Virus record (IMG/VR): IMGVR_UViG_3300050821_002969
Coordinates: 1 to 64,000 of that record
From: a virus
Taxonomy: Duplodnaviria > Heunggongvirae > Uroviricota > Caudoviricetes
DNA length: 64,000 nt
Direction: 5' to 3' (one strand)
The translations under genes and the position numbers were made by a program. A model generated the notes under the pieces. It made no database searches and was not told the origin of the DNA. It saw only the letters and a list, made by a program, of their open reading frames with translations. Shown one piece after another: positions 10,122 through 20,302 of this stretch; positions within the stretch are counted from its first letter, which is position 1, and each line of letters starts with the position of its first letter.

Positions 10122-10711
10122 GTTACAAATTGTAGGGATTGTTGCGGAGAAACTACAAGAAAGGAACTAACTGCAAGCGATTGCTGTCATGTGAACCGCT
10201 TGCAGCCGTGCGTCGTGTGCGATTGACCCATCCTCGCAAAAGCCATCTGAGGCTAGAATTCCCGTTTCGCCCAACTCAACGTGACAGCCCGTTATCAAGT
10301 TAGTGTCGGCACCCTTTACCCTCAGCCGCCTCGGGTGCGAAATGTCCGTTGATGCCGTTGCTCAGTCTTGCGGGTCTTTCTGTTGGGTGGAATGTATCTC
10401 TACGTTCCGTAGAAGCCGTTAACCAATCAACTCGTTTAATTCCTCTATAAAACTTTCCAGTCGGGAAAGTTCGACATTGGCAGAACCAAGATGGGAAAGT
10501 AACGATGGCTCCGATAGCAATTTGTCGTTACCGTTCGATGTTTGACTTGGCTGTGCGCCACGAATGCGCCCAAGAATTTTAACCAACCTATCGTTTGCGC
10601 TTGCTATCCTGCAAACAACCTGATTGGCGGTATTGTGGAGGCCGTTTGGAGATGGCATCGCTGGCGCAGAACAAACCTGCTGCGCCGACAATCCGACAGT
10701 CGTACCGTACA

Positions 10712-11125
10712 TTACTTTTTCTCTTTGGTATCAGATGCCGGTTTAGGCGCGGGAGTTGCAGAAATTTCTTGCCACTCGAATCCCTCGCCAAGTTTCCATT
10801 TGCTTAGGTCTACACCCTTGGTCACGCCCTGCAATGAAATCGCGTAATCGTCTGCCGCCTTAATGTAATCCTTGCCTTCTTGGGAAGCCTTAATCTTGGT
10901 AACCACGGCATCTACGGCAGTATTGGCTTTCTTTTGTTCCTCTGTCGCCTTCTGGTATTCAGCCCACAAAGGCGTAGCCTGAAGTTTGCCTAACAGCGGG
11001 TCAATCTTATCGCGCTGCGAGTAAAGGGCTAGCTTTTTTTCCGGGGTAAGTGGTTGCGGTTTATCGGTCTGGCAGACGGCCAAAGCGGAGCACAAAATCA
11101 TTATTCCGAGAATTACTTTATTCAT
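10712..11125 (-). CDS. secreted protein or lipoprotein
   Basis: N-terminus MNKVILGIMILCSALAVCQTD reads as a signal peptide with a possible lipobox (LAVC). Confidence 0.45.
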   Translation of the reverse strand: MNKVILGIMILCSALAVCQTDKPQPLTPEKKLALYSQRDKIDPLLGKLQATPLWAEYQKATEEQKKANTAVDAVVTKIKASQEGKDYIKAADDYAISLQGVTKGVDLSKWKLGEGFEWQEISATPAPKPASDTKEKK

Positions 11126-11140
11126 GTTGAGAATCCTAAA

Positions 11141-11530
11141 CTACGGAGATGTAATTGTCAAAGAGCCTGGGGTTAACGGGGTTATTGCTGGGGTTGTCCA
11201 TAATCCAGTGGTTGGCAAATTGCTTGGAATTGTAAACGTGCCACAAGCATTACACGAGCCACAGGATGGCCAAGTCCATATGTTTGTGGTAGTGCCGCTA
11301 ACGTATGGCTTGGGCACGATAAACCGGAAATCTTTGGAAAACTGAATATCGTTAAAGTTGCGATACTTGCCGCGTAAATCGCTGTTGAAACTATCCCATG
11401 CGGCGTCTGCGGCAACCTTGGCATCGTACAATTTCTTGGCTTGAGTGGCATCGGTTTGCGATAGCTCAACAACTACCGCATCTTGGGCGAAGGCTACGGA
11501 ACATAAAAACAAAATCAGAAATTTTCTCAT
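11141..11530 (-). CDS. secreted hypothetical protein
   Basis: Taking the internal Met, the N-terminus MRKFLILFLCSVAFAQDA is a signal peptide. The start makes an ATGA overlap with the stop of the upstream gene at 11527-11530. Confidence 0.4.
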   Translation of the reverse strand: MRKFLILFLCSVAFAQDAVVVELSQTDATQAKKLYDAKVAADAAWDSFNSDLRGKYRNFNDIQFSKDFRFIVPKPYVSGTTTNIWTWPSCGSCNACGTFTIPSNLPTTGLWTTPAITPLTPGSLTITSP

Positions 11531-11910
11531 ACTGGGCACTCTCTTGTTGGTCCTACGTGAGCATCGGCACCGTAGCCGCACTGCTTACATGGTGGACTAG
11601 CCACGCGCTTACCGCGCAAGTCGGCATGCTGCTGTTTGAATTGTTGTTCGCTTACGCAAATCTTGCAGTTGGCAACCGGCTGGACTTTGTGGTTTTTTTG
11701 GTGCCAGTTGATATATTCCCACTGCTGTTTTTCGCTAGTAGTCGCGAATTCGTCGTTTCCGTCTACGGTAAATTCGCGGAAAATATTCCCCTTGCTGTCG
11801 GCGCGATTACCGGAGAATGACGATTTTATTCCGCGAATACTTCCAGCTTGCCACGCCTCTAGCTCTTGCTGGGTACACGGTCTAAGATTTTCTGTTTGAT
11901 CGTCAGACAT
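11527..11910 (-). CDS. hypothetical protein
   Basis: 127-aa ORF. Its start codon abuts the ATACGTTAAACGTA palindrome. Confidence 0.4.
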   Translation of the reverse strand: MSDDQTENLRPCTQQELEAWQAGSIRGIKSSFSGNRADSKGNIFREFTVDGNDEFATTSEKQQWEYINWHQKNHKVQPVANCKICVSEQQFKQQHADLRGKRVASPPCKQCGYGADAHVGPTRECPV

Positions 11911-12040
11911 ACGTTAAACGTAGTTTCATAGAGTTACTCGGGTGGAATGTTTCATGCGGCGTAACCGAAGAGGGATAACCACGTAGCCGTACACAGACCT
12001 CTCGTCTGGTAACATGTTCCACCCGAACTTGAATTGTACA

Positions 12041-12364
12041 CTACCACGACACGATGAGTCCATTAACGGAACCGCCACCGCCTACCGAAGCACCGGTTTC
12101 GTTTCCGCCCCCACCACCATCGTTTCCAAACTCTGGTTCGCTATAGAGTATATTGCTTCGCGCTAACGCCTCAGTCATGGCATTACCTTGGCTAGCGGCC
12201 AGACCCAACAACCACGGAATATTCGGTGGGCCACCTTCGCTAATCATTCCCTCGATGGCGGCTATCTCGGAATCTATGCCAGTAAATCCCGTATGCCACC
12301 AGATTACATCTGCCGTAGAATTGCCGAAATCTTGCTGGTTTTGCTGTTGTGGGGTTAGTGGCAT
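12041..12364 (-). CDS. Gly-rich hypothetical protein
   Basis: 107-aa ORF with a GGGGGNETGASVGGGGS tract. Confidence 0.3.
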   Translation of the reverse strand: MPLTPQQQNQQDFGNSTADVIWWHTGFTGIDSEIAAIEGMISEGGPPNIPWLLGLAASQGNAMTEALARSNILYSEPEFGNDGGGGGNETGASVGGGGSVNGLIVSW

Positions 12365-12422
12365 AATTTACATTTTATTGGAGTCGTGTTAGGAAGGTTT
12401 TGGCCGTTCAAAAAGAGCGGTG

Positions 12423-13010
12423 CTATGTCATGGCCTGCATTATCAACCGTTCTATTCTTTGTAGTTTTCTGTTTCTTCTCGTTGCCATTGCGTTGCATTT
12501 TTTACATTCGCCTTCGTGGTTCTTTCTTTTTGAAATGTTATCATCGTCTAGCTTGTGCCCATATTTGCAATATGTTGGCAATACAAAAGTTCTGCACTTA
12601 CGTCTCGAATTCAGAAAACTAGACCTCAGTAAACCTAGATCAATATCGCCGTTACGGTAGTCGGCAAACTTGGTTCCCTTTTTAAGATTACAGGGCAAGC
12701 AAAGTGGTTGAATGTTGCCGATATCGTTGGTCCCTCCAGCGCAAATTGGAATTACGTGGTCTGGAGTAAGGGCATCTTTGTCGGATTTACAACGGAGACA
12801 GGTATTGCCATATTCTTCGCATAATGCACCGAACTCAGCGGCAGTGAAATCGTTACCATCTTTTCTTCTGCGGCTAGCGGCGTAAGCCTTGACCTTGTTG
12901 GGATTTTTAAGATTCCACCGCTTGCGATACGTGCGCTGTAATTCCGCTCTCGTAAACTGTGATGTCTTTGGTCTTCCCATAAAACTTTTTGGCCGTTTCC
13001 GGTCGAGCAA
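12423..13010 (-). CDS. HNH endonuclease
   Basis: Contains CLRCKSDKDALTPDHVIPICAGGTNDIGNIQPLCLPCNLKKG, the HNH core. The C-terminus has an extra Cys-rich zinc-finger-like segment. Confidence 0.7.
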   Translation of the reverse strand: MLDRKRPKSFMGRPKTSQFTRAELQRTYRKRWNLKNPNKVKAYAASRRRKDGNDFTAAEFGALCEEYGNTCLRCKSDKDALTPDHVIPICAGGTNDIGNIQPLCLPCNLKKGTKFADYRNGDIDLGLLRSSFLNSRRKCRTFVLPTYCKYGHKLDDDNISKRKNHEGECKKCNAMATRRNRKLQRIERLIMQAMT

Positions 13011-13228
13011 ACGCCTCTCGCAAGGAAGTTTACCACGCGGATAAACTTACCGCCAACTTTCCGCTCCCATGGTTGGCGCAGCGCTAACGGCCAAAGTCTA
13101 TGCAGCCTTAAACGCGCTGGCAACCTTATCAAAGAACGCCAGTACGCGCTGCTTGATTAACGCCATAAAACCCAAATCCTCGTGCGGGTTCCACATATGG
13201 TTAATCTGTCCAATGTTGTTCTTTTGGA

Positions 13229-13597
13229 TCACGCCCAACTAGCCCATGCTGGAATTTTTTTAAAAGTATACGATTCGCTAGTTGTTGGATATGGAAACAG
13301 GAGCATTGATTCATGCGCGGTTACCGCACCGCCACATATGCGGCAAACTCCTGTCGATGCGCCGTTGTTTTGGAAGGGATGAGCTAGGTGGCGGCTTTCT
13401 ATGTCTCGATAACAAAGCCCGCCATGATCCACAATGCGTTGCTGTGCTTTTGGCGTAAGGCAATCCCATGGTACATCGCGGGGGATAGTTGTTCCCGCCC
13501 AATAACTCAATGGTTTATCTTGCCTAAATAGCACGGAAATAATCGGCAGCGCGGGAAGCGAACCAAACAACGCAGCAAAGAATTCGCGACGATTCAT
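13229..13597 (-). CDS. Tat-signal (twin-arginine) exported protein
   Basis: The N-terminus MNRREFFAALFGSLPALPIIS matches the Tat consensus R-R-x-F-F, followed by a hydrophobic h-region. Confidence 0.45.
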   Translation of the reverse strand: MNRREFFAALFGSLPALPIISVLFRQDKPLSYWAGTTIPRDVPWDCLTPKAQQRIVDHGGLCYRDIESRHLAHPFQNNGASTGVCRICGGAVTAHESMLLFPYPTTSESYTFKKIPAWASWA

Positions 13598-14055
13598 CAG
13601 TCCTTTTGCGCTAGCCAGTTCTGCGCAGAGTTGCGGTTCTGGTACACAGCAAAAACCACACCTTCGCCCTTGTATGCAGCTACGGCGGCTTGCAGGCTCA
13701 CGGCAGGGCAGTTGTGCGTCTCGATTTCGTCTTTAAGGTTGCGGCTTACAAATGTATAGATGAATTGTTTTGGCATGATTTCTCCTAACCACTATACCCG
13801 CTAGTCATAACTTGTGGCCCCATATCGGAACTTGGGTCTGTAGTTCCCGGAGGCGGCGAACTAATGCTGCCGTTGCCCATGGTTGCGGATCGACCTACGG
13901 TATTGCCGGAACCCACGATACCCTGCTGTGGACGAGTAGCGGGTTTGGATGCTGGTCCGAAAAAACCGGGGTTCGAGGAATACGAGTTTGGCGTAGCTAA
14001 CGGCTCTAATCCTTTTGGGTTGTCGGCAGATAAATCGCTGAACTGCTTGTATGGT

Positions 14056-14667
14056 TCACACATGATTATGCCCTTGTATCGCAAAGTCGGCGTAGGTTGC
14101 GCCGTGCCATTCTAGTTCGGTAATGCGTTCACGCAGTTTTTCGTTTTCTGCCAACGCATAATATCTACGCTGATTGTGATTTTGTTCTTTTATTGTGGCC
14201 CAACGGACGTTTCCCTTTTCGTAATGTCCATCATTGTTGATTCGATCTAGAGAGTATTCAAGAGATGGCCGATGACCAACGTGGTCCAAAAATTCTTCAA
14301 ATGAATCAAATTTAAACCGTATTCCTCTCCCGCCATAACTTTCCCAGCATCGTGCATTCGGATTATTGCAGCGGTTTTTGGCGGCAGCGTAGCTTCTGTA
14401 TTCTGGGCCACCACTTTTGCCGTGAGTTACGACGTTTTTCATTACCCACTCCTTCTGGATACAATTACAACTTTTGGTTTTTCCGCTTTTTAAATCTCCA
14501 GCAAATACCGTAGTAACGGTTCCGCATTCGCATTGACAAGACCAAACAATCTTCCTACATTTAGCCCTACCAGCACACCAAAGCGCCAGCAGTTTACCGA
14601 ATTTTTTACCAGACAAATCCTCCATGTTGGCAAACATATGCTTGCCTCTTGGATAGCCTCTCTTCAT
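14056..14667 (-). CDS. HNH-type homing endonuclease (HNH_3-like with N-terminal Cys motif); paralog of 57929-58795
   Basis: Contains SLDRINNDGHYEKGNVRWATIKEQNHN, the HNH_3 signature. The N-terminal CQCECG...KSCNC motif mirrors CKCDCG...LSCGC in the 57929-58795 gene. Confidence 0.65.
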   Translation of the reverse strand: MKRGYPRGKHMFANMEDLSGKKFGKLLALWCAGRAKCRKIVWSCQCECGTVTTVFAGDLKSGKTKSCNCIQKEWVMKNVVTHGKSGGPEYRSYAAAKNRCNNPNARCWESYGGRGIRFKFDSFEEFLDHVGHRPSLEYSLDRINNDGHYEKGNVRWATIKEQNHNQRRYYALAENEKLRERITELEWHGATYADFAIQGHNHV

Positions 14668-14858
14668 GCACCACTCGTCGGTTTAACGTTGGAGGGCACT
14701 CCGAACTTCGTATCCTCTTCCTTGGCTTCCGCAAGTATGTCATTGTAAATAGCTTCCGCCCCATACTGCCAGTCACAGGCCCGGCGAAGGTAGTTGTCGT
14801 ATTGGGCGGCGGCGTTTCCTTGCCCACCCGGAGTTCCGCGTTTCTGTACGATATCCAT

Positions 14859-15185
14859 TTACTTTTCTCCTAGCGAAGCAAGCCTTTTGGCTAGTTCTGG
14901 GGTTATTTGCGATTCTGTCGCTGTTCCCGATTCCGGTTCTTGCTTCTTTTTCCTACGCTCGTTGATGGCCAAGAATCTCTGCTTCTTTCGCAGAATGTCT
15001 AGCTCAAGAAGATATTTTATGCTAGTCTTGCGTTCCTCCGCTGAGGCCTCGCGCTTGCCGCTGGCAATGTCCCTAGCTAGAGATTCAGCAAAGGTAATAG
15101 CATCGCCGCGTTCTTTTCTTGCGTTGTGCGCTGGTTGAATCTTTACTACGTTAGTTTCCGCCAACCTTAACACCATCCTTGACAA
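14859..15185 (-). CDS. hypothetical charged protein
   Basis: 108-aa Lys/Glu-rich ORF. Confidence 0.3.
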   Translation of the reverse strand: MSRMVLRLAETNVVKIQPAHNARKERGDAITFAESLARDIASGKREASAEERKTSIKYLLELDILRKKQRFLAINERRKKKQEPESGTATESQITPELAKRLASLGEK

Positions 15186-15423
15186 TATAATCAGCCGCGC
15201 CTAGATAAAATCTCGACGGGTGATCGTAGTTAAAAAGTTTGCGCACAATTGGAATGCTTGGGTTGTGCCGAATGCTACCAGACTCGAATTCTCTTTGTCC
15301 TTGCGAGCACCCCGTATCGCCACAGGACGCCATGGAGTCGCCAAATCGGGTATCGGAACACGCCATGGGTTGACCACACTCCCCGCAATGCAGCTTGCCG
15401 TCTTTGTAAACTGGATTCTTCAT
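15151..15423 (-). CDS. small Cys-rich hypothetical protein
   Basis: 90-aa ORF with CGECGQPMACSD...CGDTGC. Confidence 0.3.
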   Translation of the reverse strand: MKNPVYKDGKLHCGECGQPMACSDTRFGDSMASCGDTGCSQGQREFESGSIRHNPSIPIVRKLFNYDHPSRFYLGAADYIVKDGVKVGGN

Positions 15424-15794
15424 AACTTCTCTGTGGCTATAATCTTAATCCAATAGTGGACATCAGCGCCAATCCATCCGTACTGCGCGGTAACAAACTG
15501 GTCGCCAGTAGTTGGGGAATAGATAAGCCATTGCTGGTGTCCATCACCACAAGTCGGGCACGGTACGCTGCTAAATACTTGACCACTAGCCAGCTTAGGA
15601 GTGGCAATAAAGCATTCCCCTTGAATTGTATGGTCACATTTAACATCTAGGCGAATTGCGTCGCCCTTGTTGGAGCCTACGTTTACCGATAACCCCCAGC
15701 CGCCATGGTTGGTAATCTTAATCGTTGCGGAGTTGAATGTTGCTTGAGCAACGCAAAGAGTAGAAAACAATGCGATGTTGATTAGGTGTTTCAA
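15420..15794 (-). CDS. small secreted protein
   Basis: Signal peptide MKHLINIALFSTLCVAQA. Its stop overlaps the start of the 991-aa gene. Confidence 0.45.
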   Translation of the reverse strand: MKHLINIALFSTLCVAQATFNSATIKITNHGGWGLSVNVGSNKGDAIRLDVKCDHTIQGECFIATPKLASGQVFSSVPCPTCGDGHQQWLIYSPTTGDQFVTAQYGWIGADVHYWIKIIATEKL

Positions 15795-18766
15795 TGGATT
15801 CCTATGTTGGGGCCAACTCCAATGTTTGTGCCAACCGCACCGCCAACCACTACAGGGTTAAGTGGATAAACGCAAGTAAACGGCGCTGGCCCCACCCCGC
15901 TTCCATCTGGGGGAATTGCCATGACCGACAACGCACACTGCATAGCCGGATTCGGGTTTACTAATCCAGCCCATCCGGTACCAGACCCAGAACCAGCACA
16001 TTGCCCCGCGTTAAGTGCTGGTGCTCCGTTGTATTTGCCGACCGTGTTTAGTGTTCCGGCGCACTGAATTATTGTACCGCCAGAAATGTCGGGACCGATT
16101 AGGGGCCAGGGGTCGGATGCACGGAAGAATGCTGGTTTAGATGTGTACACCATCGAAGCAGGAAACACGTCCTCACCAATAGCCGTGTCGCCATAAATGG
16201 GGACTCCGCTTGGATATATGCTAGCCCCGGTCGGAGCCTCAGAGACGCTGTTGCAGTTACCCGCGCTAGCCCAGTTCGTGTCAAGCGCGTTCCCGCAGAA
16301 GCGCGTCGCCGCCGTAACGGAATTGTAATTGCCGAAATAAATAGAAGTTGAATCGGTCTTGTTGTCCACGGGTGGCCCGCCACCGGGAGACTCGCCAAGG
16401 TTGTCCACGTAAGTTGCGCCACCGTTGGTAAGCTTGTAATGTGTATGGTATCCGGGGGTGCCATATACGCCCGCAATGTCATTGTAGTAACGAGCAAAGG
16501 CAAAGTTTTCCAGCGAATTCGTAAACGCATTTAGCGGCGTAGCCGGAAGCGAATCCCACCCAGTCAGGAAATTACGGAATCCGGTAACCATGTCACACGT
16601 CCCATGGATGTCGTCGCAACTAATCTGATTACCAATATTCCCCTCGAAATAATCATAATAGTCTCCAGCGTGCTCCAACATCGCAGCAACCAATCCATTG
16701 CCAGCGGCGTTTGGGCTTGTTCCTACGATGAAGTTGTAGGCCAGTACCGTGCCCGATGAGCTTCCGTCGTTTATAAACGTCGTCTGGTGGATAATATTGT
16801 TGGCGATCAGATTGTTACCCGCAAGTTGCTGCCGTATTCCATAGCACGCAGGCTGCGTACCCGTGCATTGAAAAATGTAATTGCTTTCAAAGACGGAATT
16901 GGTCGTGCCATTCATGTTGATGGCGGAAATCTTCGTCTTGACCGTTCGCACGCCAGTCACCCAGCAGTGATAGCAGTAAGAGAACTCGATGCCGTAGTTC
17001 GGAGCCGTAGCGTTAGTCGTATCCAGTGACAGGTTCTCGATTCCTGCCTGAACAAGCGGTTGCACGATCCAGACTTGAAGATTACTTAATGCCGACCAGT
17101 TGCCTGCCAGAATCGGTGGAAAGATTGTGTAGACACTTCCGTTAACGGCAGTCGCGGTATGAATCTCCAGTTCATCGCGCTCCGCACGGCTACCGGCATC
17201 CGGCCCGTCCGCCGAGCATCCCGCGCCCGCCGAGTAGATGTCGCTGCAGACAAACCAGTTGCCGTTATCTATGTTTCCTCCCCCTGCGACCGTTCCACAA
17301 TTCGTGCCGCTGTAATTAGTATTGCAGCCATCAAGGAATAGTAGAGTTGGAGTTGTCGTACTGATTGACGCTGGACAGTTGCCGCTAAGGTTGGCGAGAG
17401 TTAACGTGGTCGCACCCTGAACCGGGCTTCCGGTAACAGTACATTTATTGGCGGGAGAGGAGAACGATGTAGTGTCGCTTGAGATTGCACAGATAAAAGC
17501 GGTCGCGCCTCCGCCTTGGCATCCGGCTGCGCTGGTTCCGCTATGTATCAAGAATGTGCTGTTCGCTCCCGAACCGCGCAAGACCACGTTTCCGGTAGTC
17601 GGAAACAATATTTGCCCATCGAGGGTAAACGTCCCCGCCCCGAGTAGTACATACTGGTTCGCGGTGCATCCGGCGAGTGCCGTGGTGATGGTACTAGCAT
17701 TACCCGTGTAGGCCGCGATAGTCGCCCCGCACTGTGTCCACGAGGTATCTCGTGGAGCGTCTCCAGGGAATCCAGATTGCGTCCAGTCCGCTCCTCGTGG
17801 ATAAGTCAGCACTCCATTCCACTCAGGGATCGGATTGAGGATCATCTGTAGAAACTGAGCGCCAGTGCAGGTCGTTGAGGCCGAACTGGTGCATTGCTCT
17901 AGGTCGGTATGCTGGACGTGAGCCGCCGATGTAGCCGCACCGTTAATATCTCCCCACTCCCATCCGGTAGGCTGACAACCGGCACTACAGGCCGTTCCGG
18001 GGGTTCCGCCTGTGGATTTGTAGGCAAACCCATAAAAGGTAGTATTGTCTGGGCTGGTTAGGGCGATGATTGTGCAACCAGCATTTACGGCGTCGGTAAT
18101 GGTAGTGATCGTTCCGGCGCACGCCCCCTTGAATTGGAAATATCGCCAGACTCGTATCCATGTAGCTACCGGAAAGGTAATTTTGCAATCACCGGCTGGC
18201 CAGCTATTTTGGCCGCACGTCCCTTCAAGGTTGTAGGCCATCTTCCCAGACACGCCAGGGTTGGTCATATTTGATAGAGCGGATACGCCAATGCCTGTTA
18301 GCGTCTCGTCGTCAAAGGTGCCAGTTGTGTTGAATACCTGCGAAACACAGGTTAAATCCCGTGCCCAAGCAACCTGCGTACCGGACATCGAGGGAAGCTC
18401 AAACGACATCAAGACTTGCGGAGTACCGCCTCCGACTGAAGTGTTGTAGTCAACCAGTTTAGCTTGCGAACCACCTGCATCTGTTGTTGGGAGCGCCCCA
18501 CAAAGAGACGAGGCTTGCGTAACTACTGTCAATGCCCCGTTTGACGCATTGTTGGTCCCAATCTGGACTGCATTCGATGAGGTAATCGCGTCACCGCTGC
18601 TGCCGTTATTGCCTGTTCGGAAACCATACCAACTATTTGAAAACCCGGCTCGCGATGCCGCAACCACGGAGCCATTGGTAGCGTTGGCCGCGTTCATTTC
18701 AGTCAGACCTTGGCCGAAACACAATCGCGCACCAAGCATTAGGAGCACAAGAAGACATCTACGCAT
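15791..18766 (-). CDS. Large secreted beta-helix-like fiber or tailspike-like protein
   Basis: 991 aa. Signal peptide MRRCLLVLLMLGARLCFGQ. The sequence is rich in N/G/T/S with repeated NxxxxG turns typical of right-handed beta-helix fiber and spike proteins. Confidence 0.5.
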   Translation of the reverse strand: MRRCLLVLLMLGARLCFGQGLTEMNAANATNGSVVAASRAGFSNSWYGFRTGNNGSSGDAITSSNAVQIGTNNASNGALTVVTQASSLCGALPTTDAGGSQAKLVDYNTSVGGGTPQVLMSFELPSMSGTQVAWARDLTCVSQVFNTTGTFDDETLTGIGVSALSNMTNPGVSGKMAYNLEGTCGQNSWPAGDCKITFPVATWIRVWRYFQFKGACAGTITTITDAVNAGCTIIALTSPDNTTFYGFAYKSTGGTPGTACSAGCQPTGWEWGDINGAATSAAHVQHTDLEQCTSSASTTCTGAQFLQMILNPIPEWNGVLTYPRGADWTQSGFPGDAPRDTSWTQCGATIAAYTGNASTITTALAGCTANQYVLLGAGTFTLDGQILFPTTGNVVLRGSGANSTFLIHSGTSAAGCQGGGATAFICAISSDTTSFSSPANKCTVTGSPVQGATTLTLANLSGNCPASISTTTPTLLFLDGCNTNYSGTNCGTVAGGGNIDNGNWFVCSDIYSAGAGCSADGPDAGSRAERDELEIHTATAVNGSVYTIFPPILAGNWSALSNLQVWIVQPLVQAGIENLSLDTTNATAPNYGIEFSYCYHCWVTGVRTVKTKISAINMNGTTNSVFESNYIFQCTGTQPACYGIRQQLAGNNLIANNIIHQTTFINDGSSSGTVLAYNFIVGTSPNAAGNGLVAAMLEHAGDYYDYFEGNIGNQISCDDIHGTCDMVTGFRNFLTGWDSLPATPLNAFTNSLENFAFARYYNDIAGVYGTPGYHTHYKLTNGGATYVDNLGESPGGGPPVDNKTDSTSIYFGNYNSVTAATRFCGNALDTNWASAGNCNSVSEAPTGASIYPSGVPIYGDTAIGEDVFPASMVYTSKPAFFRASDPWPLIGPDISGGTIIQCAGTLNTVGKYNGAPALNAGQCAGSGSGTGWAGLVNPNPAMQCALSVMAIPPDGSGVGPAPFTCVYPLNPVVVGGAVGTNIGVGPNIGIH

Positions 18767-20296
18767 TTATGGTCCTAACGGGAAGGTTCCCGAGATAAAA
18801 TTAACTTCAACGTCGTCTATCCAAATGTTGTGGCCTGCTGACTGGCTTTCACCGCCTGAAATACCTATTTGGACCGAGACGAACGGATTGTTACCGGATT
18901 CCGATGAGCAGGTAGCCGTGGAACCGACCTGCGCCCCGGTAGTGTCGTATATAGACAGGGAATCAAGAGCGCAGTTAGTTCCCGGAGTACACGCACCGGC
19001 ATTTGTAACCCCTTGCATCGTGAGCCAATAAACCGTGTTGGTTGCTATGGGGATGTTTACCGCAGAACCAGCGAATCTGCACTCTAGCCCTATGGTCAAC
19101 GCGGAGCCACTCAGATCGTGAATCTGTGGATTGACCGCATCGCTTGCACCCTGTAGGAGTTGCCCGAGTGAATAAGCATTGCTTACGGATTCATTCTGCG
19201 GGATGTCGGTTTTGATCCAATAGCCCACCGATACCGTGTTGACGCTTTGAGGAAGCGACCATTGAATGTAATCTCCTGCCGTTCCTGTGGCGTACTGAAA
19301 ACCAAGGCTTCCTGAACCCGTGTAGGAGGTCGCTCCTATTTGCTGATTCGTTAATAAATTATGCAGTTGCCCGGAGGTTGATCCGGTAATCGACGCACCA
19401 GGATTATGAACTACCCATGTCGCAGGTCCAGAAAGAGTAGCCCCGCCCGCTGGCCCGTGTATCGAACTTGTGAGGGCTGCGACTGTAGGAGCGACTGTAT
19501 TTGTTAGCCCCTCAAAGTCGATCAAGTCGTTCGCTGAGCCTTGCGCTGCGGATTTAGAGAGACACACTATTGCCGCACTATAGAAGTTGGCAGTATTTTG
19601 CGTCATTGTTGCCGTCTGGACTCCGCTCAATCCCGTGACGGTATTTATGTGCTCTGAGGCTCCGACGAAATTTCCGGCACCAAACGTGTACTTGGCGTCA
19701 AGGGTGTAACCGGCCCCTGCCGCTATGGTTATAAAATTAGTCATCTGGTCCATCGACGCAACGCAATATTCCGTAGACGAACCCACCGCGAAGGTGGTTG
19801 AAACGCTCATCGTGGTCGTGGAACCAATCCCTCCGCCTGTCACATCGGCGGTGTTGACGTTGGCGAGTTCATACACCCCGGCTCCCAGAAAGCTACTCGA
19901 TCCTGGGCATGTGATAGTAAATGAATTGCTGGTGCCGACGTTTTCCGCCACGTACACGGCTGCCCAATTTGGGTTTGTTCCCGGTTGATTCTGTTGCTGC
20001 CAGAGCATGAACGTATCCCCTGCTCCCGTAACCGAGGTACATTGGCTTCCGTTGGAAAAAGTCATAAAGACTAGCGTACTGCCAGCGGTCGGAGCCTGTG
20101 CTGTGAAAGTGCATGTGACTGGAGAGCTGGCTCCCGTGCAGGCGTTGGTCTGTATCAGGGCAGGGACAGCCACACTTGGCGTTCCGTTGATATATCCGTT
20201 TGGGCCAATATAACCCTTCGGCCCGATATAGCCTTGCGCTACGAGCAGTACCGATGCCGCGAGGATCACCGCGATATGGAGCCAAACGTGTTTCAT
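18767..20296 (-). CDS. Secreted fiber-like protein with collagen-like GYIGP(K/N) repeats
   Basis: 509 aa. Signal peptide MKHVWLHIAVILAASVLLVAQG is followed by GYIGPKGYIGPNGYI. The rest is T/S/G-rich. Confidence 0.5.
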   Translation of the reverse strand: MKHVWLHIAVILAASVLLVAQGYIGPKGYIGPNGYINGTPSVAVPALIQTNACTGASSPVTCTFTAQAPTAGSTLVFMTFSNGSQCTSVTGAGDTFMLWQQQNQPGTNPNWAAVYVAENVGTSNSFTITCPGSSSFLGAGVYELANVNTADVTGGGIGSTTTMSVSTTFAVGSSTEYCVASMDQMTNFITIAAGAGYTLDAKYTFGAGNFVGASEHINTVTGLSGVQTATMTQNTANFYSAAIVCLSKSAAQGSANDLIDFEGLTNTVAPTVAALTSSIHGPAGGATLSGPATWVVHNPGASITGSTSGQLHNLLTNQQIGATSYTGSGSLGFQYATGTAGDYIQWSLPQSVNTVSVGYWIKTDIPQNESVSNAYSLGQLLQGASDAVNPQIHDLSGSALTIGLECRFAGSAVNIPIATNTVYWLTMQGVTNAGACTPGTNCALDSLSIYDTTGAQVGSTATCSSESGNNPFVSVQIGISGGESQSAGHNIWIDDVEVNFISGTFPLGP

Positions 20297-20302
20297 CGTT
20301 CC

